Assembly (NCBI GenBank): GCA_964545855.1
Contig: CAZJHD010000011.1
Coordinates: 41,763 to 105,762 of the forward strand
DNA from: an uncultured Planctomycetales bacterium
GTDB taxonomy: Bacteria > Planctomycetota > UBA1135 > JACQFD01
Length of the DNA: 64,000 bases
Direction of reading: 5' to 3'
Shown here: positions 46,356-58,847 of the stretch, piece by piece
Position numbering within the stretch: position 1 is the stretch's first letter
How the letters are laid out: each line of letters begins with the position of its first letter
Translations under genes and position numbers: made by a program
Notes under the pieces: model-generated
The model's input: the letters and a program-made list of their open reading frames with translations, nothing else
Told to the model about the DNA's origin: nothing
The model's database searches: none

Positions 46356-47157
46356 CCTCGAGCTCGCCTGCGCACGATTCCGTCTCGCGCCGCCGGTGCG
46401 CGCGCTCGCGGGCCTCGCCGGCGAGCGGCTCGGGCGGGGCCTCGGCGCGTCCCTCGAGTTCCAGGACTTCCGCGACTACGCCCCCGGCGACGACCTGCGG
46501 CGCGTCGACTGGCGCTCCTACGCACGGACCGACCGGCTGCAGGTGCGTCTCTACCGCGAGGAGGTCTCGCCGGCGCTCGACCTCGTCGCCGACCTCTCCG
46601 CGTCCATGGGCGTGACGGAGACGAAGGCGCGCGCGACGCGCGACCTCGTCGAGGCGTTCGCTGCCTGGGGGCTGCGCGCCGGAGGGCGGCCGCGGCGCCT
46701 GCGCGCCGGCGGCGCCCGGTTCGAGGACGCCGGCGCCGAGCGGCTCGAGGGAGACGGCCGCGGCGGGCTCCTCCCGCGCGAGGCGCTCCGCCCCCACGGC
46801 GTGCGCGCCGTCGTCTCCGACTTCCTCTTCGCCGGAGATCCCGGCCCCGCGATCCGGCGCCTCGCCGCCGGCGCCGCGCACCTCGACGTGATCCAGCTCC
46901 TCGATCCCTGGGAGCAGGACCCCGCGCTCGACGGGACGTGGGCTCTCGTCGACGCCGAGGACGGCTCGCGACAGGAGCTCCGGCTCGACGCGCGCGCCGT
47001 GAAGGGCTACCGCGAGCGCCTCGCGCGGCTCCGCGGCGCCGTCGAGTCAGCGGCCCGCGCCGCGGGCGCCCGCTACGCCTGCGTCGCCGCCGCGGAGCCC
47101 GAGGCGATGTTCCGGGGCGCGCTCCTCGCCCGGGGAATCCTGGAGCCGGCGCGGTGA
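46345..47157 (+). CDS. DUF58-family protein (MoxR-associated)
   Basis: 270 aa. The hallmark motif is LEFQDFRDYAPGDDLRRVDWRSYARTDRLQVRLYREE. It overlaps the upstream gene by 11 nt. Confidence 0.8.
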   Translation: MRPDLELACARFRLAPPVRALAGLAGERLGRGLGASLEFQDFRDYAPGDDLRRVDWRSYARTDRLQVRLYREEVSPALDLVADLSASMGVTETKARATRDLVEAFAAWGLRAGGRPRRLRAGGARFEDAGAERLEGDGRGGLLPREALRPHGVRAVVSDFLFAGDPGPAIRRLAAGAAHLDVIQLLDPWEQDPALDGTWALVDAEDGSRQELRLDARAVKGYRERLARLRGAVESAARAAGARYACVAAAEPEAMFRGALLARGILEPAR

Positions 47158-48941
47158 ACTTCGCCGCGCCCCTCGGCCTGCTCGCGCTGCTCGCGCTCCC
47201 CGCGATCCTCTTCCTGCATCTCTTCCGCCGGCGCCTGCGGGAACGACGCGTCGCCGGCCTTTTCCTCTTCGCGCCCGACGCGCTCACGGCGCCCGCGGGG
47301 CGCCGGCGCACGCGGCTGCTCCGGACCGGGTCGCTCCTCTGCGAGCTCGCGGCGGCGGCGGTGCTCGCGCTCTGGCTCGGCGCGCTCGACCTCGGCTGCT
47401 CCGCCCGCGCGGTCCACGTCGTCGCCGTCCTCGACGACTCCGCGTCGATGGGGGCGCGCGGCCCGGCGGGATCCTTCGCCGACCGGGCGAGGCGCGTCGT
47501 GGAGTCGGCGCTCGACGGTGCGGGCTCCGCTGCGACGGCGACGCTCGTCGTGAGCGGACCCCGTCCCGAGATCGTGGCCGGGCCGCATGCGCCCGCCGCG
47601 GAGGTGCGCGCGGCGCTCGCCGCCTGGTCGCCCCGCCGGACACGCCATGACCCGGCCGCCGCCCTCGACCTCGGCCTCGCGATCGCGGGCGCCTCGGATC
47701 GGCTCCTCTTCGTGACGGACGAGCCGAAGGCTCCGGCGCCTCCGCGCTACGAGGTCGTCGCCGTCGGCGAGCCGCTCGCGAACGCGGCGATCGTCGCGGC
47801 GAGGCGCGTCGTCGAGCCCGGCGGCGAGGAGCGGCTCCTCCTCGACGTGCGCGCCTTCGGCGCCGGGATCGGCCGCGTCCGCGTCCGAGTGCATTCCGCC
47901 GAGGGGCCGGGCCGCGGCGCGCTGCTCGCCGAGACCGACGCGGCGCTCGGGGAAGGCTCCCTGGCGCGGCTCGCGCTCGTGCTGCCGCCGGACGCGGGCG
48001 CCGTCACGGCGACGATCGACGACGACGCGCTCGCGATCGACGGCGAGGCGACGCTGCTCCCCGATCCGCTCCGGATCGTCGGCGTCGCGTCGCTCCTCGG
48101 CGAGGAGGAGACGGGGCGCCTGCGGCTCGACCGGGCGCTCGCCGCGATCCACGGCGCGCGCGCGGCGCCGCTCGCGGAGTCGACCGTCGTCCTCGCGCCC
48201 GCCGCCGGCGCGCTTGCGCCGGGGCGCGTCGAGCTCGTGATCCAGGCGACGGGTCCCGAGCGCAGCGAGTGGACCGGGCCGTTCCTGCTCGCGCACCGCC
48301 ACCCGCTCCTCGCCGGCGTGACGCTCGCGGGCGTGGTCTGGAGCGCGGGCGACGGAAGCCACCCCGGGCTCCCGCTCGTGTCGGCCGGCGACCGGACGCT
48401 CGTGAGCGAGTCGGTCGAAGGGACCGCGACGCGCCTCTGGGTCGATCTCGACCTCGCGCGCAGCAATCTCCCCTTCTCGCCGGACTGGCCGATCCTCCTC
48501 GCGAACGTCGTCGAGCGCGCGCGAGCGGGGCTGCCGGGCCTCGGCGCGGCGAACGCGCGCGTCGGGGACGAGATCGTCTGGCGCGCCGAGACGCCGGGGG
48601 CGCCGGCGGGAGCGGTCGAGTGCGTCGCGCCGAGCGGCGCACGTGCGCCCGGGCGCGGGAGCGCCGAGATCGGGTTCCCGGCGCGCGAGCCGGGGATCCA
48701 CCGGATCGAGAGGAGCGGGCGCGAGGTCGCGCGCTGCGCCGTGCGCTTCGAGGACGCGAGCGAGTCGGACCTGACGCGGTGCGGAGCCGCGCGGCGACCC
48801 GCCGAGGCACCGCCCTCGCCGGACGAGGCGGCGGCGCAGGCCGCGGCTCCGGCGGCGGCGGAGCGGCGCGTCCTCGCGGTCCTCCTGCTGGCCGCGCTCG
48901 TCGCCGACTGGCTCGTCCTGCGGCGGGCTCGCACCTCGTGA
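47154..48941 (+). CDS. BatA-like protein: N-terminal double-TM domain plus a VWA-like domain
   Basis: The GTG at 47154 forms a GTGA overlap with the upstream stop. The N-terminus reads FAAPLGLLALLALPAILFLHLFRRR, then a second TM helix. A MIDAS-like VAVLDDSASMG follows, and there is a C-terminal TM helix. Confidence 0.7.
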   Translation: MNFAAPLGLLALLALPAILFLHLFRRRLRERRVAGLFLFAPDALTAPAGRRRTRLLRTGSLLCELAAAAVLALWLGALDLGCSARAVHVVAVLDDSASMGARGPAGSFADRARRVVESALDGAGSAATATLVVSGPRPEIVAGPHAPAAEVRAALAAWSPRRTRHDPAAALDLGLAIAGASDRLLFVTDEPKAPAPPRYEVVAVGEPLANAAIVAARRVVEPGGEERLLLDVRAFGAGIGRVRVRVHSAEGPGRGALLAETDAALGEGSLARLALVLPPDAGAVTATIDDDALAIDGEATLLPDPLRIVGVASLLGEEETGRLRLDRALAAIHGARAAPLAESTVVLAPAAGALAPGRVELVIQATGPERSEWTGPFLLAHRHPLLAGVTLAGVVWSAGDGSHPGLPLVSAGDRTLVSESVEGTATRLWVDLDLARSNLPFSPDWPILLANVVERARAGLPGLGAANARVGDEIVWRAETPGAPAGAVECVAPSGARAPGRGSAEIGFPAREPGIHRIERSGREVARCAVRFEDASESDLTRCGAARRPAEAPPSPDEAAAQAAAPAAAERRVLAVLLLAALVADWLVLRRARTS

Positions 48942-51727
48942 TCCATTTCGCGCATCCCGAGGCGTTCCTGCTCGCGCTGCCGCTGCTGCTCGTCCTGCGG
49001 TGGCGCCTCGGCGAGCGGCCGCTCGTCTCGCTCCTGCGCGGCGCGTGTCTCCTCGCCGCGCTCGCGCTCCTCGCGCGGCCCTCCTGGTCGGGGCGCGAGC
49101 AGGGGCGCGACCTGATCCTCGTCGTCGACCGCTCGCTCTCGATCCCCGAGGACGCCTTCGTGCGCGTGCGCGAGCTCGCCGACTTCGCCGCGCGGGCGGC
49201 GCGCTCCGGCGATCGGATCGGGGTCGTCGCCTTCGGTCGCGGCGCCGTCGTCGAGCGGGCCCCCGAGGAGAGCTTCCGGCCGGCGCCCCTCCAGCGCGCC
49301 GTCGACCGCGACGGGACCGACGTCGCGCAGGCGCTCGAGACCGCGCTCGCGCTCGTGCCGTCGGGGCGGCCCGCGTCCCTCGCGCTGCTCTCCGACGGGC
49401 AGACGACGGGGCGCGACCCGTCGGGCGTCGCGCGCGAGGCGGCGCGCCGTGGGATCCGCGTCGACGCGTTCCCGCTGCGGCGCGCGGGGTCGGCGGACGT
49501 GGCGGTCGAGGACGTCGAGGTGCCGGGCGAGGTGGCTGCGGGGGAGCCGTTCCAGGGCTCCGCCTGGATCCGCAGCGACCGCGCCGTCGAGGCGGACGTG
49601 ACCGTGCTGCGCGACGGCGCGGTGCTCTCGACGTCGCGGCGCGCGCTGCGCCCCGGAGCGAATCGCGTCCTCTTCCGCGATCGGCCGATCGACGCGGGTC
49701 TCCGCCGCTACGAGGTGCGCGTCGAGGCGGGCACGGACCGCGTCCCGGAGAACGATCGCGCGTTCGGCGCGCTCCGCGTCGCGGCGCCCTCGCGCGTGCT
49801 GTGCGTGACTCCGGGGGGCCGCGAGGACCGCCTCACGCGGTCGCTGCGCGCGGCGGGGCTGACGGTCGAGGTGAGCGCTCCCGGGGTCGCGCCGCTGCGG
49901 CCCGAGGCGCTCGACGGCGTGCGCGCCGTCGTGCTCGAGAACGTCGCCGCGGGCGACCTTCCTCCCGGAGGGATCGCGGCGCTCCGCGGCTTCGTCGAGG
50001 GCTTCGGCGGCGGCCTCCTGATGACCGGCGGGCGCGCCTCCTTCGGCATCGGAGGCTATCGGCGCTCGCCCGTGGAGGAGGTGCTTCCGGTCTCGCTCGA
50101 GATCCGCCAGGAGCAGAGGAAGTTCGGCATCGCTATGGCGATCGCGCTCGACCGCTCCGGCTCCATGGCCGTGTCGGTCGCCGGCGGGCGCACGAAGATG
50201 GACCTCGCGAACCAGGGCGCCTGCGCCGCGATCGAGCTCCTCTCGCCGATCGACTCCGTCTCCGTCCTCGCCGTCGACTCGTCGCCGCACGTCGTCGTTC
50301 CCGCCACGGACGTCGTCGATCGGGCCGCGATCGTCCGGCGCGTCCTGCGCATCGAGTCGGCCGGCGGCGGGATCTTCGTCGGCGCGGCGCTCCACCGCGC
50401 CGCCGATCAGCTCGCCTCCGCCGTCCAGGGGAGCCGCCACATCGTCCTGTTCGCCGACGCGGCCGATGCCGAGGAGCCCGGCGACTACGCCACCTTCGTG
50501 CCGCGGCTCGCCGAGGCGGGCGTGACCGTGTCCGTGATCGGGCTCGGCTCCGAGACCGACAGCGACGCGAGGCTCCTGCGCGAGATCGCGCGACTCGGGA
50601 ACGGTCGGTGCGTCTTCAGCTCCGATCCGGCCGATCTGCCGCGCGTCTTCGCCGAGGAGACGATCCAGGTCGCCCGCTCTTCGGTGGTCGAGGCGCCGAC
50701 GGCCGTCGAGAGCCGGGCGGGGCTGCTCTCGATCGGCGACCTCCTCGCCACGCGCGTCCCCGACGTGGGCGGCTACTCCATCGCGTACCTGAAGCCCGAT
50801 GCGCAGGAGGGTCTCCGGACCGCCGACGAGCAGCGGGCGCCGTTCCTCGCGTTCCGGAACGCGGGGCTCGGCCGGTCGGCGGCCTTCCTCGGGGAGGTCG
50901 ACGGCGATCTCTCCGGAGGTCTCGCGGACTGGCCCGCCTACGGAGACTTCTTCGCGACCCTCGTGCGCTGGCTCGGGGGGAGCGACGCGAGCGACGCGGT
51001 TTTCGCGGAGTTCGCGAGAGAAGGACACGAGGGAGTCCTCTCCATCGAGGTCGCGCGGGGCGACGAGCATCTCCTCTCGGCGGTCCGCGCGCTCGTCGCC
51101 GGTCCCGGCTCGGACGCGCACGAAGTGCTGCTCGAGCGCGTCGATGCGCGCCGCCTCGCGGCGCGCGTGCCGCTCGAGGCACCCGGCCTCTGGCGCGCCG
51201 TCGTCGAGGCCGACGGCGCGGTCCTGCGCCTGCCGCCCGTGACGCTCTCCTATTCGCCGGAGCTCGCGCCGCGCGCCGACGCGACGGCCGGCGAGCGCCT
51301 GCTCGCGCGGCTCGCCGAGCTGAGCGGTGGCCGCGTCGAGCCCCCCGTCGCGGATCTCCTCTCCGGCTCGCGGACGGGAGCGGGATCGACCGACCTGACC
51401 GTCCTCGTGGCCTGGCTCGCCGTGGGACTCCTCCTCCTCGAGATCGCGGTACGGCGGCTCGACGTCCGCGTGCGGGCGGCCTGGCTCGCCCGCGCGATCC
51501 GCCGACGCCCGATGCAGGGGCGCAAGCGCGATCGAGCGACCGCGGCGCGCGGGACGGTGGCGGATCGTCCGACGGCGGCGCCTTCCGTGCATGCGCCCGA
51601 GGCGGGCCCGTCCGAGACGGGCGCTCCGATCGCGTCGGATCCGCCCGCCGCTCCCCCCGCGCCGGAGGAAGACGGCCTCTCCTCGGCCCTCGAGCGCGCG
51701 AAGCGACGTGCGCGCCGGCAGGGGTGA
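48938..51727 (+). CDS. large membrane protein with two VWA domains
   Basis: 929 codons. The GTG at 48938 forms a GTGA overlap with the upstream stop. The N-terminus reads FAHPEAFLLALPLLLVLRWR. MIDAS motifs: LILVVDRSLS and IALDRSGSM. There is a C-terminal TM helix (LTVLVAWLAVGLLLLEIAV). Confidence 0.75.
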   Translation: MIHFAHPEAFLLALPLLLVLRWRLGERPLVSLLRGACLLAALALLARPSWSGREQGRDLILVVDRSLSIPEDAFVRVRELADFAARAARSGDRIGVVAFGRGAVVERAPEESFRPAPLQRAVDRDGTDVAQALETALALVPSGRPASLALLSDGQTTGRDPSGVAREAARRGIRVDAFPLRRAGSADVAVEDVEVPGEVAAGEPFQGSAWIRSDRAVEADVTVLRDGAVLSTSRRALRPGANRVLFRDRPIDAGLRRYEVRVEAGTDRVPENDRAFGALRVAAPSRVLCVTPGGREDRLTRSLRAAGLTVEVSAPGVAPLRPEALDGVRAVVLENVAAGDLPPGGIAALRGFVEGFGGGLLMTGGRASFGIGGYRRSPVEEVLPVSLEIRQEQRKFGIAMAIALDRSGSMAVSVAGGRTKMDLANQGACAAIELLSPIDSVSVLAVDSSPHVVVPATDVVDRAAIVRRVLRIESAGGGIFVGAALHRAADQLASAVQGSRHIVLFADAADAEEPGDYATFVPRLAEAGVTVSVIGLGSETDSDARLLREIARLGNGRCVFSSDPADLPRVFAEETIQVARSSVVEAPTAVESRAGLLSIGDLLATRVPDVGGYSIAYLKPDAQEGLRTADEQRAPFLAFRNAGLGRSAAFLGEVDGDLSGGLADWPAYGDFFATLVRWLGGSDASDAVFAEFAREGHEGVLSIEVARGDEHLLSAVRALVAGPGSDAHEVLLERVDARRLAARVPLEAPGLWRAVVEADGAVLRLPPVTLSYSPELAPRADATAGERLLARLAELSGGRVEPPVADLLSGSRTGAGSTDLTVLVAWLAVGLLLLEIAVRRLDVRVRAAWLARAIRRRPMQGRKRDRATAARGTVADRPTAAPSVHAPEAGPSETGAPIASDPPAAPPAPEEDGLSSALERAKRRARRQG

Positions 51728-51752
51728 GCCTCGGAGTCTGCGCCACGGGATC

Positions 51753-55140
<3,388 letters not shown>

Positions 55141-55656
55141 TCAGAAGACATCGTCCTCGAGTCCTTCGTCCTCTCCCGAGAGCGGCGCCGTTCCCGGGGC
55201 TCCGTGCGTGTCGTCGTCCTCGGGCGTCGCGTTCTCGCCGGGGCCGAGCGCCTCCACCCCCGCGTAGGGAACGCGGTTCGAGATGACGCGCCGTCCCGTC
55301 ACCGAGTCGACGCGCTCGCGCGCGTAGACGGTGACCCGCGCGCGGCGGCCCTCGAGCGCGAGCGGCTCCAGACGCTGCTCCCCTTCCACGGGGATGCCGA
55401 TGCGCCCGAGCACGAGCTTCGCGCGCCGGAGCCCGCGCACCGTGAAGACGAGCGAGTCCCACGCGGCGGTGCGCCCCGCGTAGGGCCCTTCGCTCACGAT
55501 CCATCGCACGCCCCACCGCTCGGCGCCGTCGTCGCCGCGCCGTGCGCGCACCTCGCCCACCGAGCAGACGTAGCTGCCGTTCGGGACGCTCACGAAGTTC
55601 TCTGCGTCGTCGACCTGATCGAAGTCCACCTGGACCATCGTTGGCTCCTGCCGCAT
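55141..55656 (-). CDS. hypothetical protein (weak DUF669-like N-terminus)
   Basis: 171 codons from MRQEPTMVQVDFDQVDDAENFVSVPNGSYVCSVGEV. An alternative start lies at 55638. The layout (D-F-D..V....F..xPxGxY followed by a beta-rich body and an acidic tail) recalls phage-associated DUF669 proteins. This call is by memory only. Confidence 0.4.
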   Translation of the reverse strand: MRQEPTMVQVDFDQVDDAENFVSVPNGSYVCSVGEVRARRGDDGAERWGVRWIVSEGPYAGRTAAWDSLVFTVRGLRRAKLVLGRIGIPVEGEQRLEPLALEGRRARVTVYARERVDSVTGRRVISNRVPYAGVEALGPGENATPEDDDTHGAPGTAPLSGEDEGLEDDVF

Positions 55657-56029
55657 GGCGGCGTTCCGCTCTCGATGCAGCGGCCGGTGGATCGGGGCGA
55701 GCCAGGACCGCGGGATGTCCAGCTTCGATGCTTCATCGAGCGCTCTCGAAAGAGCTTGCGCACGAGTTGCTTCCACGAAGGCGCCTCGCCCCGCGACGCC
55801 CTCGACGCGGTCCCGTGCGACCCCTTCGGCCGCCTTCTCCCGCCGCCTGCGCTGGTCCCGGACCCTCGCACTCCGCCCCATCGAAACCCTCGCGTCCCGA
55901 GCGGGTTCGCCCGCCGCCCGTTGCCCGGCTCGGATCACCGCGGCGGAAGCTCGCTACGATCACCCGAGTCGACGGCCGCATCCGGCCCACGGGGCCACGA
56001 TCGACTCCACCGATTCCTCGGAGACCTCC

Positions 56030-56908
56030 ATGCTGAACCTCGCTGTCCTCGCCCTCGCCCTCGTGCCGACGCCCTCCCTCCAGGGGCAGGGTCCCAAGGC
56101 GGGCGCGCAACAATCCCCCATGCGCCAGCTCCTCGGGAGCCTGCAGTTCGAGAAGGTCGACGCCGACAAGGATGGCAGCCTCACGCTCGACGAGGTCACG
56201 AAGGCGGCCTTCGCCTGGCTCGACCGCAACGAGGACGAGTCGCTCGACCGCAACGAGCTCGCGAAGCTCCCGCCCGAGCAGACGGCCGCGCAGATCGCGA
56301 ACCGCAACGAGCGCGATCGCAAGAAGGAGAAGGAGGAGGGCGAGCAGAAGCCGAAGGACGGAGACGGAGCCAAGCCGCGCGAGAAGGACGGTGACAAGCC
56401 CCAGGAGAAGGACGGCGACAAGGACAAGGACAAGAAGCGCGAGGGCGGTGACCCCGCGAAGGCCCACCTCGAGCGCATGGACGCCGACAAGGACGGCAAG
56501 GTCTCCCGCAAGGAGTTCGCGCTCCCGAAGGGCTGGTTCGGCCAGGCCGATCGCGATCGCGACGACAAGATCTCCGCGGAGGAGTTCAAGGGCGAGGGAC
56601 GCAGCGGACGCCAGGGCCAGGGCGGCATGGGCGGCAAGCTGCGCGAGCTCGCCAACATGTCGCCGAAGGAGGCCCACGCCGAGCTCGACGCGAACAAGGA
56701 CGGCAAGGTCACCGCGGACGAGCTCGGCATTCCGGCGCAGTTCTTCGAGCGCGTCGACACCGACGGCGACGGATCCCTCTCGGAGGCCGAGCTGGGTGCG
56801 GTCCTCGAGCGCATGAAGGAAGGCCGCGGCCCCGGTGGCGGCGGCGCGGGCGGCCCGAAGAAGGAGGGCGGCAAGGAGAAGAAGGACGGCGAGACGCCTC
56901 CTCTCTGA
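56030..56908 (+). CDS. secreted multi-EF-hand calcium-binding protein
   Basis: 292 codons from MLNLAVLALALVPTPSLQG (signal peptide). There are six EF-hand loops: DADKDGSLTLDE, DRNEDESLDRNE, DADKDGKVSRKE, DRDRDDKISAEE, DANKDGKVTADE, DTDGDGSLSEAE. A Lys/Asp/Glu-rich spacer separates them. Confidence 0.8.
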   Translation: MLNLAVLALALVPTPSLQGQGPKAGAQQSPMRQLLGSLQFEKVDADKDGSLTLDEVTKAAFAWLDRNEDESLDRNELAKLPPEQTAAQIANRNERDRKKEKEEGEQKPKDGDGAKPREKDGDKPQEKDGDKDKDKKREGGDPAKAHLERMDADKDGKVSRKEFALPKGWFGQADRDRDDKISAEEFKGEGRSGRQGQGGMGGKLRELANMSPKEAHAELDANKDGKVTADELGIPAQFFERVDTDGDGSLSEAELGAVLERMKEGRGPGGGGAGGPKKEGGKEKKDGETPPL

Positions 56909-58602
<1,694 letters not shown>

Positions 58603-58720
58603 GTCTCCCCCCTGAGCGCCTGCCTACGGCAGGACGCGTTGTTCTTCGTGGAGCCTGTCCCCTCGGGGGACGAGAGGTCTCCCCCCTGAGCGCCTGCATC
58701 CGGCAGGACGCGTTGCGCCT
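58603..58720. repeat. two REP-like units of the same family as at 39189-39460
   Basis: Unit 1 (58603-58676): AGTCTCCCCCCTGAGCGCCTGCCTACGGCAGGACGCG...CTGTCCCCTCGGGGGACGAGA. Unit 2 (58677-58720): GGTCTCCCCCCTGAGCGCCTGCATCCGGCAGGACGCG. They start at the base after the ftsB stop. Confidence 0.8.
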
Positions 58721-58725
58721 CTTCT

Positions 58726-58827
58726 CCCGGGAATGGGGTCAGACCCCTTTTCCCTCGCTCGCTCACGCGCCGCGCGTGCGCGGCGCGTGAGCGAGCGAGA
58801 GAAAAGGGGTCTGACCCCATTCCCGGG
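58726..58827. repeat. 102-nt near-perfect palindrome (~50-nt arms), possible bidirectional terminator
   Basis: The left arm is CCCGGGAATGGGGTCAGACCCCTTTTCCCTCGCTCGCTCACGCGCCGCGCG. The central GT at 58776-58777 is followed by the reverse-complement arm, ending CCCGGG at 58827. There is a single mismatch (C vs T). It lies between the convergent ftsB and M16 peptidase genes. Confidence 0.9.
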
Positions 58828-58847
58828 TGCTCACTCCGCGCGGCCCG

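Noticed and set aside
55657-56029. A possible extra gene or N-terminal extension in the 373-nt spacer between the DUF669-like gene and the EF-hand gene.
   Set aside because: The candidate frames are Arg/Ser-rich, or show only moderate third-position GC with AT-richer patches. No motif was recognised. I left it as a divergent promoter region.
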